Below are positions 39,749-50,470 of a stretch of 64,000 nt of DNA, in pieces. The translations under genes were made by a program, and so were the position numbers. Origin of the DNA: Gammaproteobacteria bacterium (GTDB lineage: Bacteria; Pseudomonadota; Gammaproteobacteria; SZUA-229); the NCBI GenBank assembly GCA_029881795.1, contig JAOULX010000011.1:41083-105082 (forward strand). The letters are read 5' to 3'. The first letter of the stretch is position 1. Each line of letters begins with the position of its first letter. The notes under the pieces are model-generated. The model worked only from the letters and a program-made list of their open reading frames with translations, searched no databases and had not been told where the DNA came from.

Positions 39749-40540
39749 ATGGCAGTGGGTGTTTTTGATTCGGGCATAGGTGGCTTGAGTGTATTACAGC
39801 ATTTAATGCAGCAATCACCGGATGAATATTTTGTCTATGTTGCAGACAGTCAACATGCACCTTATGGCAATAAGTCTGAACAGTTTATACAACAGCGATG
39901 TCTTGAAATTTGCCGCTTTCTTATTGAGCAGCAGGTATCGGTGATAGTCGTTGCCTGTAATACGGCCACCGCTGCTGCTGTAAAAACCATTCGCGAGCAT
40001 GTGACTATTCCGGTGGTGGCGATTGAACCGGCATTAAAGCCTGCCAGTCTGAAAACAAAAACCGGCAAAGTCGGTGTGCTGGCAACCGCTTCAACACTGC
40101 AAAGTCAGCAATACAACAGTCTGGTCTCGCGCTATGCAGTAAACATCAGTTGTTATGAACAGGCAGCGCACGGTCTGGTTGAGTTAATAGAAGCGGGCCG
40201 TCTGGATGATCCACAAACCGAAGCCTTATTACGCCAGTATCTGCAACCGATGTTGCAGCAAGGTGTTGATTCGGTAGTGCTGGGCTGTACTCATTACCCG
40301 TTTGTGTTAGACACGATACAGAAAATTACCGGCCCGGAGGTCAGTATCATTGATACCGGCAGCGCGGTTGCCGGGCAGTTAAAACGGGTTTTAAGTGAAC
40401 AAAATCAGCAGCACTTAACAGCACCGATGAATGCGCTCAAGCAGCATCTGTTTTACAGTTCGGGAGATATCCAGCATGCCAGAGAAATGATCGGCTTGTT
40501 GATGGGGCAAGCGTTCGAGGTAACAGCCTTAAGCGTTTAA
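39749..40540 (+). CDS. murI: Glutamate racemase
   Basis: 263 aa; VGVFDSGIGGLSVL and VVACNTA motifs. Confidence 0.85.
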   Translation: MAVGVFDSGIGGLSVLQHLMQQSPDEYFVYVADSQHAPYGNKSEQFIQQRCLEICRFLIEQQVSVIVVACNTATAAAVKTIREHVTIPVVAIEPALKPASLKTKTGKVGVLATASTLQSQQYNSLVSRYAVNISCYEQAAHGLVELIEAGRLDDPQTEALLRQYLQPMLQQGVDSVVLGCTHYPFVLDTIQKITGPEVSIIDTGSAVAGQLKRVLSEQNQQHLTAPMNALKQHLFYSSGDIQHAREMIGLLMGQAFEVTALSV

Positions 40541-40581
40541 GCCGGTGACATTGAATGACGCCGGCTTAAATCGGCAGTGGT

Positions 40582-41685
40582 TTAACTGACGGCCTTGATT
40601 AAGGTCGAGGTAATGTGCTCAACCATCTCGTCAGTCATTGCCGGGTAAACAGGCAGTGACAGCGTCTGGTGAGTCAGCATTTCACAGACTGGCACATCTT
40701 CTTTTTTATAACCCAGACTTTGGTAGACAGGCTGAACAGATAACGGCTCCGGATAACATTGTGAGCTCGGGATGCCGTTGTCAGTCAGTATCTGACGTAC
40801 AGCATCACGGTTTTCAGTCAGACGAATCGTATACAAATTGAAAGCATGGCCAAAACCTGGCGGTGCGTAAGGGGTAATAATACCGCTGTCTTTTAATTGC
40901 TCGCTATACGCTGCGGCAATGCGGTTACGAGCCGCAATATCAGCATCAATTTTCTTTAGTTTAAGACGTAAAATGGCAGCCTGAATTTCATCAAGACGAC
41001 TGTTATAGCCGACTTCGGCATGAACAAACGGCTTAATGGCGCCGTGATTGCGTAAACGGTGCAGTCGGTCGAGCACATCTTTTGAATTAGTGGTGATGAT
41101 GCCGCCGTCACCATAGCAGCCTAGTACCTTAGTTGGATAAAAACTAAAGCAGCCAGTGCTGCCTAAACTGCCGACGCGCTGATCACCAACCTGAGCGCCA
41201 AAAGCTTGTGCGGCATCTTCAAGCACTTCAAGATTGTGTTTTGCGGCCAGTGCATTGATGGCTGTCATGTCTGCCGGCTGACCGAAAATATGGACAACGA
41301 TAATGGCTTTGGTTTTGTCAGTGATGACTGCTTCAATACTGTCAGCGGTAATATTAAAACTTTGTTCATCAATGTCGGCGAAAACCGGTGTCGCACCAAC
41401 CAGATCGATGCACTCAGATGATGCAAAGAAGGTGAAAGGTGAGGTAATGACTTCATCACCGGCCCCAATATTTAAAGCCCGTAATGATAGGGTCAGGGCG
41501 TCGGTGCCGTTAGCGACTGAAACGGCATAATCGGTGCCCACATAAGCGGCACATTCTTCTTCAAATGCCTGAACATTGGGGCCTAATATATAACGACCGT
41601 TGGCGCCGACTTCTTTGATGGCGTTGAACCATTCTTCATGCAGGCTGTTAAATTCTTCAGATAAATCCAGGAAAGGTATATTCAT
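40582..41685 (-). CDS. DegT/DnrJ/EryC1 family PLP-dependent sugar aminotransferase (WbpE/GnnB-like)
   Basis: 367 aa; typical family N-terminus ...FLDL...ILGPNVQAFEEE...GTDAL. Confidence 0.75.
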   Translation of the reverse strand: MNIPFLDLSEEFNSLHEEWFNAIKEVGANGRYILGPNVQAFEEECAAYVGTDYAVSVANGTDALTLSLRALNIGAGDEVITSPFTFFASSECIDLVGATPVFADIDEQSFNITADSIEAVITDKTKAIIVVHIFGQPADMTAINALAAKHNLEVLEDAAQAFGAQVGDQRVGSLGSTGCFSFYPTKVLGCYGDGGIITTNSKDVLDRLHRLRNHGAIKPFVHAEVGYNSRLDEIQAAILRLKLKKIDADIAARNRIAAAYSEQLKDSGIITPYAPPGFGHAFNLYTIRLTENRDAVRQILTDNGIPSSQCYPEPLSVQPVYQSLGYKKEDVPVCEMLTHQTLSLPVYPAMTDEMVEHITSTLIKAVS

Positions 41686-42632
41686 TATTTTTTCACACTG
41701 TCTAAAATACTTTGACGAACAAGATTGGCTACACGAATAGCCTCCAAACCAACGCGACCATCAACCAAAGGTTTCTTGCCGGTTTTAACAGAATCGATAA
41801 ATTCGATCAGTTCAGCATCCAGTGGCATTTGTGGTTCGATGACCGGTTTCTCCATGATGATCTCATCACGCTTATTGTCATCCTGAGGCCGGGTGCTGGC
41901 AATTTCTAACTGCTGGTCTTCAAAATTAAGACCATAGTAATGATTCTTTTCAAAGACGCGTATACGCCGGTGTTTTTTATTAGAAACACGGCTGGCGGTG
42001 ACATTAGCAACGGCACCATTGGCAAATTCAAGGCGGACATTAGCGATATCAACGTGTTCGGTTAAAACCGGCAGGCCAGAGGCTGACACGTTAACTATTT
42101 CTGAATCAACCAGTGACAAGACGATGTCGATATCGTGAATCATTAAGTCAGTGATAACATCGACATCGGTCGCACGTTCTACAAACATACTGAGACGGTG
42201 GGCTTCAATAAACTGCGGATTTTTACAGCGGTTTGCCAGCGCCATGATACCGGCATTAAAGCGTTCCAGAAAACCGACCTGAAAGATGATGCCGGCTTTT
42301 TCAGCCATTTCTACCAGCGTCAGAGAGTCTTCATAAGTTGGTGTAATCGGCTTTTCCATCATAATGTGGATGCCGTTTTCTATAAAGGGTTTAGCCGTTT
42401 CCAGGTGGTAGATAGTCGGTACAACAATACTGACTGCATCAACTTTGCCAATCAGCTCTTCACCGTTGGTAAACGCCTCACAGCCCAACTCATCGGCAAT
42501 CGCCTGAGCCGCTGCTGCATCAACATCAGCAACCCCTACCAGCTTAATCCCAGGCAGTTTGGCATAAATTTTCGCATGAATGCGGCCTAGATAACCAACT
42601 CCGATAACACCTACACGTATATCCGCGCTCAT
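41685..42632 (-). CDS. Gfo/Idh/MocA family NAD-dependent sugar oxidoreductase (WbpB/GnnA-like)
   Basis: 315 aa; Rossmann GVIGVGYLGRIH; translationally coupled to downstream aminotransferase. Confidence 0.7.
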   Translation of the reverse strand: MSADIRVGVIGVGYLGRIHAKIYAKLPGIKLVGVADVDAAAAQAIADELGCEAFTNGEELIGKVDAVSIVVPTIYHLETAKPFIENGIHIMMEKPITPTYEDSLTLVEMAEKAGIIFQVGFLERFNAGIMALANRCKNPQFIEAHRLSMFVERATDVDVITDLMIHDIDIVLSLVDSEIVNVSASGLPVLTEHVDIANVRLEFANGAVANVTASRVSNKKHRRIRVFEKNHYYGLNFEDQQLEIASTRPQDDNKRDEIIMEKPVIEPQMPLDAELIEFIDSVKTGKKPLVDGRVGLEAIRVANLVRQSILDSVKK

Positions 42633-42819
42633 AGTTAATATAGTCTCTTGAGTAAATTTATTGCTGCGATTATAGCATCGCGTTTGTGATGAGTCTGCTT
42701 TCCGTTCTGAAAATTGTCGATAAAGTAAGCCGTGCCGGAAGTTGCCGAGACAAACTATCAGAAAAGCCGGTCTTATGGTTAAATCATGGCTCTGATCAGG
42801 TCAAAAGGATAAGTCAGGC

Positions 42820-44070
42820 ATGAGTCGTTATTTAATCCTTATTATGTTGCTTGTTAGTTCACAGGTTCTGGCTGAGCTGACTTTTCCAGAGCGCAGAAAA
42901 CCACAGTATTTCACTGACCCTGGTTATTATGTGTTGCCGAGCCTCTATAGTATTCCGGGTTTGGGTGATGGTCTGATCGTGGTCGGGGCAAGCACTAACT
43001 ACCACGGCTATTCTGATCTGTATGGTTTCGCCGCAACCGGTGATCTGGTTGGTCTGGGACTGTTCTCGACCGAGAATCACCTGATCGAAAAACAACTGAT
43101 TATTGATTTTGCCGTGCAGGATTTTAATAAGGCCAGTATCCAGCGTTTCAAAGATCGTGGCATGAGCTCCGGGGCCAATGATTATGTGCTGGCAGAGCTG
43201 GATAATGCGCTATTTTACGGCTCGCGGTTAACCTATACCTTGTTTGAGCGACGCCTTGAATTTTATGGCATGGTGTTTGATAACGAATCAAAAGCCGGTG
43301 CTATTCGCAACCCGGATGGCAGTTTGTTGCAGTCGGCCAGTCATGCTGAGCTGAATAAATCGCGCAGCATGACGATTGGCAGCCGGCTCGATTTAACCGA
43401 TGATTACAGTGACCCCAGACAAGGCTTTCGACTGGAACTGAGTTTCTGGCATTCGCCACCCAGAGAAGTAAACGCGGTCGACTTCAATATTATTGATCTG
43501 AACCTGACTCAATACATTGCGTTTTCTAAAAACGATACCTTGGTGCTGAATTACTTTCAGGCCGATAGTCAGGTTAATCGTCAGGGAGAAACCGACCCTG
43601 GCGTGATTCAAGCCAGTCAGGGTTATGATTGCAGTTCGCCGTTGCTGACAGCTGAGCAGCAACAAGACTGCAACAGTTATATTAATTCAACAGTGGCTCA
43701 CAATACCTATGGTTCGGTGGGGGCTTTGGGCGGTCTTAGCCGTTTGCGTTCATATCCGGGCGGGCGTTTTGAAGGCTCGCATGCGCGTTTTTATGGGCTT
43801 GAGTACCGCTGGAATATTAATGATGATGACAAGGCTTTTGATTTTGTCATCGCAAAAGACATCCGCACTCTGATGCAGCTGGCCTTGTTTTATGAGCGGG
43901 GCGCAATTTCAGATGATGAAACGCAGCTGTGGGATAAAATGGTTTATTCAGCCGGCCTGGGTTTTCGAATGGTGACATCATCCGGGCTGGTATTTCGGGC
44001 CGATTTGGCGAGTGGTGATGAAGGTTACGAAGTCAGTGTGATCGTTGGTTATCCGTGGGAAGTGTTTTAA
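42820..44070 (+). CDS. Hypothetical outer-membrane beta-barrel protein
   Basis: 416 aa, signal peptide, C-terminal ...VGYPWEVF beta-signal. Confidence 0.5.
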   Translation: MSRYLILIMLLVSSQVLAELTFPERRKPQYFTDPGYYVLPSLYSIPGLGDGLIVVGASTNYHGYSDLYGFAATGDLVGLGLFSTENHLIEKQLIIDFAVQDFNKASIQRFKDRGMSSGANDYVLAELDNALFYGSRLTYTLFERRLEFYGMVFDNESKAGAIRNPDGSLLQSASHAELNKSRSMTIGSRLDLTDDYSDPRQGFRLELSFWHSPPREVNAVDFNIIDLNLTQYIAFSKNDTLVLNYFQADSQVNRQGETDPGVIQASQGYDCSSPLLTAEQQQDCNSYINSTVAHNTYGSVGALGGLSRLRSYPGGRFEGSHARFYGLEYRWNINDDDKAFDFVIAKDIRTLMQLALFYERGAISDDETQLWDKMVYSAGLGFRMVTSSGLVFRADLASGDEGYEVSVIVGYPWEVF

Positions 44071-45596
44071 TCCTGATAACTGACAAGCGTGTCACGCCCG
44101 GCTGCTTTGGCTTGGTAGAGGGCTTTGTCAGCAGCTTTTAAAAACGCGCTGGTATTGGCAAAATCATGCTGGTCGATATGGGTTGCCAGACCAATTGACA
44201 CGCCGAGTTTAATGATCGCGTCGTCAATCTGGCTGCTATGATTGCTGCGCTGTTCTTTAAGCAGACGTTGTAACATGGCTTCGGCGGTTTCATGGGTTGA
44301 ACCGGGCAATATCAGAATAAACTCATCGCCTCCATAACGCGCCAGTGTATCGGTCTGCCGTATATTAAGGTTAAAAAAATCAGCAATATCTTTTAATACT
44401 TTGTCACCAGCGGGATGGCCATAAATATCATTAACTTCTTTGAAGTTATCCAGATCGATGAAAGCCAGAGATAAAGGCCAGCGATTAAGGTTGGCATTCT
44501 CAAATTCTTCATCGAGTAAATATTCAAAATATTTGCGGTTGTAAATACCGGTTAACGGATCACGGCGAGCGGCTTCTTCAAGATCTTTGTTTTCTTCGTG
44601 CATGGCCTCAATCTGCCGACGATCTTGCTCAGACTGTTTAATGATCTGTAAGTTTCGTTGCAGAATCAGTTCTCTAGTCTGATCAAGTAAGCGGTCACGG
44701 GCCTGATTATCACTTAGCTGAACATTAAATAAACTGGATACTTCCGGCAGGATGTTGCAGATATCATCGATGAACTCTTGATATTCGATCTCATTGAGAC
44801 CTAGTATAGATTTACAGACCTGCATATTTTCAGAGAGCAGATCCGGCTCATCGGTATCGATCCAGATATCGGCCAGATGCCCGGAAAAACTGATGCATTG
44901 CTGAAACAAATCGTCTTTAGCGTTTTGATGCTGTTGTGTGTCGAGTGTATGGCTGTTCAATACAGCAGTATAAAGCTTTTGCGGGAAATTCCAGTGCTTT
45001 AAAATCCAGGCGCCGACGACAGAATGGTTGGTGTTCAGGGTTTCATGTTCAAGCAGTGTCTTCTGATCATGGGCTAAGTATTGCTCTGATGTTTCCGGGT
45101 ATAGAGTCGGGTGCGAGCACTGCAGAACCAGGATGCCAATATCCTGCAGCAGAGCGCTTAAAAAAATATCTTCAAGGTTACCAAGGCCGATTTTCTTACC
45201 CATGCGCTTGGCGATGGTGGCCGAAAGAATGGCGCGTTTCCAGAAGTTTTCATGGATGAAAGGCTGTTCTGGATTATTTTTAAGTGAATTGAGCAGACTA
45301 AAGCTCAGGCCGATGGTCAGTGAGGCATTTAAGCCCAGTATGGTCAGGGCTTCACGCAGGTTGTTAATGGTGCGTCTCAGCGAATATAGCGGTGAATTGG
45401 CAACCTTTAACAGTTTTGCCGATAACGCCGGGTCTGAGCGAATAATTTCAGAAACTTCAGATAGACCAATATCAGGGTCCTGACTGGCAGCAATCACCTG
45501 TAACACAACAGCCGGTAAACTGGGGAGTGTGGGACATTGTAAAATTTGCGCTTTAACCGATTCCGGTATTTCAATGTCCATGTTTGGTGTATTCAT
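44067..45596 (-). CDS. HDOD-GGDEF protein (diguanylate cyclase with HDOD domain)
   Basis: 509 aa; N-terminal HDOD-like, C-terminal RYGGDEF active site. Confidence 0.75.
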   Translation of the reverse strand: MNTPNMDIEIPESVKAQILQCPTLPSLPAVVLQVIAASQDPDIGLSEVSEIIRSDPALSAKLLKVANSPLYSLRRTINNLREALTILGLNASLTIGLSFSLLNSLKNNPEQPFIHENFWKRAILSATIAKRMGKKIGLGNLEDIFLSALLQDIGILVLQCSHPTLYPETSEQYLAHDQKTLLEHETLNTNHSVVGAWILKHWNFPQKLYTAVLNSHTLDTQQHQNAKDDLFQQCISFSGHLADIWIDTDEPDLLSENMQVCKSILGLNEIEYQEFIDDICNILPEVSSLFNVQLSDNQARDRLLDQTRELILQRNLQIIKQSEQDRRQIEAMHEENKDLEEAARRDPLTGIYNRKYFEYLLDEEFENANLNRWPLSLAFIDLDNFKEVNDIYGHPAGDKVLKDIADFFNLNIRQTDTLARYGGDEFILILPGSTHETAEAMLQRLLKEQRSNHSSQIDDAIIKLGVSIGLATHIDQHDFANTSAFLKAADKALYQAKAAGRDTLVSYQD

Positions 45597-45815
45597 TTAA
45601 TAATAACGTTCCAATTAATGGGATGGACATCATGCATAGAAAAGATTTTAATTCTTGATTGTTGTTTTAGCATAAATAGAGACTGTCAGTATACAGAGAA
45701 GTGTGGCGTTTTTAAAAGTAATTTATTGTATATAATTGATAGTGGTCAAAAGAAATGTTGGTGTAAGTGGTATAGAATCAGTGACTTAACTGCTGTAGTC
45801 AGCCGGGAGTAAAAG

Positions 45816-46331
45816 ATGAGTGATAATGATTTGCGTGAAAAGTTTGAGCATGCCTATGAGCAGATGCTGGATAGCGCTAAAGAGTTTGTTGTTAATGCAC
45901 GGGAACATAGTGGCCCCGTGATAAAAGCAGCGCTAAAAGAAGCGCGGGAAAAAGTTGCCGATATTTCGGAGCTGACAACTGAAGAAATTGATAAGCTCTC
46001 ATCCTATATCGAAAAAGATTTAACCGAAGCGGCAGACTTTATGCAAGATCAGCAAAAGGAGCTGGCGGACTGGTTAAGACTGGATGTTTTATTAATAGAA
46101 AAATACTTGCTTGAAAAATTCACATCATTGGCTGACCGGACCCGGGTTGAACTGGAACAATGGTCGCTGAATGCTGAGGCAAATGGTGAGTGGCATACCG
46201 GTGAAATCATCAGTATGGGTGTGTTGCGTTGTGAAGCCTGTGCTGAAGAGCTGCATTTTAAAAAGCCCGGACATATTCCGCCCTGTCCTAAATGTCATGC
46301 CACCATCTTTAAGCGCTTGCATAAGGTTTAA
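45816..46331 (+). CDS. Zinc-ribbon-containing hypothetical protein (DUF1451-like)
   Basis: 171 aa; C-terminal CEACAEE...CPKCH Cys4. Confidence 0.45.
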   Translation: MSDNDLREKFEHAYEQMLDSAKEFVVNAREHSGPVIKAALKEAREKVADISELTTEEIDKLSSYIEKDLTEAADFMQDQQKELADWLRLDVLLIEKYLLEKFTSLADRTRVELEQWSLNAEANGEWHTGEIISMGVLRCEACAEELHFKKPGHIPPCPKCHATIFKRLHKV

Positions 46332-46549
46332 CGATATAAAAAATAGTCAACGGCTGCAACCCGAGTGCGGCCGTTACGCGACTCTGTGCTAAACACTAGT
46401 CTTGCACCGATTCTGGTTCGTAAAAAACGCCATTTACAAGCATTGTGGTTTTCAATAAGACAGATAAAGATTATCAATCAAATAACTGCTTTAAGTCGAC
46501 TATGCTATGCGCCGACTGACAGTCGTACAGTCTGTGATAAATAGTTAGA

Positions 46550-47175
46550 TTGAAATCTGATGAGATTGAAAGAGGCGTATTAGTAGGCCGCGAAGCACCG
46601 GATTTTACTGCAGCAGCGGTTCTGGGTAATGGTGAAATTGTTGATGGCTTTAATTTTAAATCAACCACTAAAGGCAATACTGCCGTTGTGTTCTTTACCC
46701 GCTTGATTTTACATTTGTATGTCCGTCAGAGTTGATCGCATTCGATCATCGTCTGGAAGAATTCAAAAAGCGTGGCGTTGAAGTTATTGGTGTGTCAATT
46801 GATTCGCAATTCTCACATAACGTATGGCGTAATACGGCAATCAATGACGGTGGAATTGGCCAGGTAGGCTATACGCTTGTTGCTGGTGTAAAGCATGAAA
46901 TTTGTCAGGCCTACGATGTTGAGCATCCGGAAGCTGGAGTTGCTCTGCGTGGTTCATTTCTGATTGACACTAAAGGTATGGTGCGTCATCAGGTAGTTAA
47001 CGACCTGCCTTTAGCTCGTAATGTTGATGAAATGTTGCGTATGGTCGATACCTTGCTGTTTACAGAAGAGCATGGCGAAGTGTGTCCGGCGGGCTGGAAG
47101 GATGGCGACAAAGGAATGACAGCAACACCGGATGGTGTGGCTGCATATCTGGCGGATGAAGCCGGTAAACTGTAA
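46550..47175 (+). pseudogene. ahpC: Typical 2-Cys peroxiredoxin (AhpC/Prx) disrupted by a -1 frameshift in a T-run at about 46690, just before the peroxidatic Cys
   Basis: Frame 1 gives ...TAVVFFTRLILH...stop; frame 2 gives ...YPLDFTFVCPSELIAFD...EVCPAGW. The two ORF-track pieces (46550-46735, 46732-47175) reconstruct a full Prx. Confidence 0.75.
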
Positions 47176-47196
47176 GTTTATAGATGGCTTAAATAA

Positions 47197-47231
47197 GAAA
47201 GCCTGTTCAGCAAACTGAGCAGGCTTTTTTT
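47197..47231. terminator. Bidirectional terminator between ahpC and the acyltransferase gene
   Basis: GAAAGCCTGTTCAGCAAACTGAGCAGGCTTTTTTT. Confidence 0.6.
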
Positions 47232-47252
47232 AAGCTGAAAAAAATGATGGCT

Positions 47253-48137
47253 TTAATAAAATCGTTTTAATCCGGCGGGCCTGGATTTGAAGCGTTTGTA
47301 AGTCCACTGGTATTGCTCGGGACAATCACGAATAACCGTCTCTATATCTTTATTCATCAGCTCGACAGAGTGTTGAATGTCTTGCTTACAGTTGTTTTCT
47401 GAGGCCGGCGTAAAGACCAGAGTAAAACCTTTTCCGTTGGCCTGTCGTTTGCTATAGGCATAAATAATTTCACTGTCTAACTTTGCAGCCAGTTTCGACA
47501 TCAGTGTCATTGAGTAGGCAGGGGTGGCAAAAAAATCAGCAAACACGCCGTTTTTCAGATGCAGATAAGGTTGTTGGTCCGGCAAAATCACAATCAGCTG
47601 GCCTGACTTTAAGGCTTTGGTAACAGCGCGAACACCAGCGGTGTCGGTGGGAACTAGTGTGGCTCCGGTGCGCTGACGAGCCTGTTTAATAATGCTGTCA
47701 ACAGACGGGTATTTTTGCGGTTTATACAAAGAAGTGACCGGATAATGTCTGGCAACAAACAGGTTGACCAGTTCCCAGGAACCGATATGTGGCATCGCCA
47801 GTAAAACGCCTTTGTTTTGTTTGACGGCGTCTTGCAAGTGCCGCTCGCCTTCGACCGAAGTGATCATACTGAGTACGCGTTCGCTGTTAGCCAGCCAGAT
47901 AATTCCCATTTCGGCTAGTGTTTTGCCACTTTCTATCAGGCTGCTATCGAGCAGCGTTTTTTGTTGCTGCGCTGTTAGCTCCGGGAAACAGAGTTCAATA
48001 TTCTTTTTTGCAACGGTTTTACTTTTGTTTGGCAGTCTGATCAGCAGCCAGCCAAAAAACCTGCCGATGCGGTGCGCTATAGGCAGTGACATAACAGAGG
48101 TTAGTCTGAACAGGGATTTTAATAAACGCGCAGTCAT
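47253..48137 (-). CDS. LpxL/LpxM-family lipid A biosynthesis acyltransferase
   Basis: 294 aa; acyltransferase H(X)4(D/E) motif (MPHIGSWELVN) and family length. Confidence 0.65.
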   Translation of the reverse strand: MTARLLKSLFRLTSVMSLPIAHRIGRFFGWLLIRLPNKSKTVAKKNIELCFPELTAQQQKTLLDSSLIESGKTLAEMGIIWLANSERVLSMITSVEGERHLQDAVKQNKGVLLAMPHIGSWELVNLFVARHYPVTSLYKPQKYPSVDSIIKQARQRTGATLVPTDTAGVRAVTKALKSGQLIVILPDQQPYLHLKNGVFADFFATPAYSMTLMSKLAAKLDSEIIYAYSKRQANGKGFTLVFTPASENNCKQDIQHSVELMNKDIETVIRDCPEQYQWTYKRFKSRPAGLKRFY

Positions 48138-48166
48138 AGTCTGTGATGTATTATCGCGGCCTGATT

Positions 48167-48454
48167 TTATTTTGATTGCTGGCGGCTGGTCTGAGCAATT
48201 TCAGTCATGATCTCTTCTATTGATTTTTCACTTGGCAACTGTAAATGAAAACCATGTTCATGAAGATTTTTAATAACGGTTTCAGGGTTTTCTTTTGCCA
48301 GTTTTCGCTCCGGTGTCACATCAATTTCAAGTGTGAACTCAGTTTCGCCAAGAGACTTCATGATATGTTTGGGCACGACTGAAAAATCATCCTGATCTTT
48401 CAGATAGATATACATGTCATTTTTGGCAGAACAGCGATAAATATAACAGTTCAT
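48167..48454 (-). CDS. ycgL: YcgL-domain protein
   Basis: 95 aa; CYIYRCSxKxDMYIYL conserved YcgL N-terminus. Confidence 0.6.
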   Translation of the reverse strand: MNCYIYRCSAKNDMYIYLKDQDDFSVVPKHIMKSLGETEFTLEIDVTPERKLAKENPETVIKNLHEHGFHLQLPSEKSIEEIMTEIAQTSRQQSK

Positions 48455-48462
48455 GGCAGACC

Positions 48463-49734
48463 TTATTTAAGTGTGCTGAAAACTTTTTCAGCAGCATCGA
48501 TGGTTTTCTGTAAATCCTCAGCACTGTGCGCGGAAGAAACAAAACCGGCTTCATAGGCAGAGGGCGCGAGATAAATTCCCTGATCCAGCATGCCGTGATA
48601 AAACGCCTGGAAACGTTCGATATTGCACTGCGTGGCCTGTTTGAAATCAGTCACTTTCTCGGCCTCAGTAAAAAACAGACCGAACATGCCACCAATGACA
48701 TTACTGCTCATCGGGATACCGGCAGCACTGGCTTTTTCTAAAATACCATCGACCAGCGACTGTACTTTGCTATTGAGCTGCTCAAAGAAACCGTCGGCAG
48801 AAATTAACTCCAGCGTTTTTAAACCGGCAGCCATGGCTACCGGATTGCCTGACAATGTACCGGCCTGATAAACAGGACCTAATGGAGCGATATGTTGCAT
48901 GATTTCGCGCTTGCCACCAAAGGCGCCTACCGGCATACCGCCACCGATCACTTTTCCTAATGTGGTCAGGTCTGGTTTGATATTGTAATAACCCTGCACA
49001 CCGCCTAAAGCGACACGGAAGCCGGTCATGACTTCATCAAAAATTAAAACGCTGCCGTATTCATCGCAGACTTCACGCAAGCCTTCGAGAAATCCGGGCA
49101 GCGGCGGGATACAGTTCATATTGCCGGCAACCGGTTCAACAATAATGCAGGCAATTTTATCGCCGTATTCGCTGAATGCCTCGCGTACCATGTCGATGTT
49201 GTTATAGTCTAGGGTCAGAGTGTGTTCTGCTAACGCCGCGGGTACGCCGGGTGATGTCGGTACGCCCAAGGTTAAAGCACCGGAGCCGGCTTTAACTAAT
49301 AGTGAATCGGAATGGCCGTGGTAACAACCTTCAAATTTCACAATCGTGTCACGGCCGGTAAAGCCACGCGCTAAACGAATGGCGCTCATGGTGGCTTCGG
49401 TGCCGGAGCTGACCATGCGCACTAATTCGATTGACGGAACCAGCTCGCAGACTTTATTGGCCATCAAAGTTTCAATTTCAGTCGGTGCGCCAAAACTGAG
49501 GCCGTTTTCTGCCGTATCTTTTACTGTCTGAATAACCTCGGGGTGGGCGTGTCCCAGAATCATCGGGCCCCATGAGCCAACATAGTCAATGTATTGTTTA
49601 TCCTGATCATCGATAATATAGGCACCGCTTGCGCGTTTGATAAAAACCGGATCGCCACCGACTCCTTTAAAAGCGCGTACCGGTGAATTGACACCGCCCG
49701 GAATGTGTTGCTGAGCCTGATCGAAAATTTTTGA
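48463..49734 (-). CDS. hemL: Glutamate-1-semialdehyde 2,1-aminomutase
   Basis: Start at [23 protein letters not shown]; PLP-lysine region conserved. Confidence 0.9.
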   Translation of the reverse strand, partial: SKIFDQAQQHIPGGVNSPVRAFKGVGGDPVFIKRASGAYIIDDQDKQYIDYVGSWGPMILGHAHPEVIQTVKDTAENGLSFGAPTEIETLMANKVCELVPSIELVRMVSSGTEATMSAIRLARGFTGRDTIVKFEGCYHGHSDSLLVKAGSGALTLGVPTSPGVPAALAEHTLTLDYNNIDMVREAFSEYGDKIACIIVEPVAGNMNCIPPLPGFLEGLREVCDEYGSVLIFDEVMTGFRVALGGVQGYYNIKPDLTTLGKVIGGGMPVGAFGGKREIMQHIAPLGPVYQAGTLSGNPVAMAAGLKTLELISADGFFEQLNSKVQSLVDGILEKASAAGIPMSSNVIGGMFGLFFTEAEKVTDFKQATQCNIERFQAFYHGMLDQGIYLAPSAYEAGFVSSAHSAEDLQKTIDAAEKVFSTLK

Positions 49735-49828
49735 CATGAATGTTGCCCTTGCTGAATTAAACAATACACCGCATTAACGGGGAGTGACGCGCTGCGAAAC
49801 GGGATTTTACAGGATTTTTAGTGATGAA

Positions 49829-50470
49829 TCATGCAGAAAACAGTTTACTGAGGTTTTCGCTGGCCTGTTTGATCTTGGTGGCGCTGTGCTGATGATTAAA
49901 TATATCACTGATAACAGCAATCATATCGCCACCGGCCTCAATTAAACCGGCTGCATTGTCAGCGTTTATACCGCCGATACAGCACACCGGCAGCTGCAGT
50001 TGTGCGCGTGCCTGATGCAGCAGGTTCAAGTCAGCAAGGCTGGCCTCTGGTTTGACTGAAGAATTGAAAAAGGCCCCGAAGGCAACATAGTCAGCACCGG
50101 CCTGTTGTGCATTCAGCGCCAGCTCAAACTGGTTATAGCAACTGACGCCGATAATAGCATCAGCACCTAAGCGCTGTCGGGCGGTGCTGACAGCCGGATC
50201 CTCTCGGCCTAAGTGAACGCCATCGGCAGCACTGGTCAGTGCTAGTTCAATATCATCATTGACGATGAACAGGGCCTGATATTGATCACAAAGCTGGCGA
50301 ATTATTAGGCATTGCCGGTGACGCTTTTCGGCATCTGATGATTTGTCACGATACTGGACGATGCGACTGCCGCCTTGCAGTGTCTGTTCAATCGCTGCAG
50401 CGAACTGGCCGGATATCAAGCTCTCGTCGGTGATGGCATAAAGCCCTGCTAAGCGCGGATCTTTGCTCAT
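49829..50470 (-). CDS. thiE: Thiamine-phosphate synthase
   Basis: Start MSKDPRLAGLYAITDE directly abutting thiD stop; TIM-barrel ThiE motifs. Confidence 0.8.
   Translation of the reverse strand: MSKDPRLAGLYAITDESLISGQFAAAIEQTLQGGSRIVQYRDKSSDAEKRHRQCLIIRQLCDQYQALFIVNDDIELALTSAADGVHLGREDPAVSTARQRLGADAIIGVSCYNQFELALNAQQAGADYVAFGAFFNSSVKPEASLADLNLLHQARAQLQLPVCCIGGINADNAAGLIEAGGDMIAVISDIFNHQHSATKIKQASENLSKLFSA

Noticed and set aside
44067-44070. 4-nt convergent overlap between the OMP gene (+) and the HDOD-GGDEF gene (-) as evidence of mis-annotation.
   Set aside because: Both ORFs end with family-typical C-termini (the beta-signal ...WEVF, and a complete GGDEF domain). Short convergent overlaps of stop codons (TTAA) are common.
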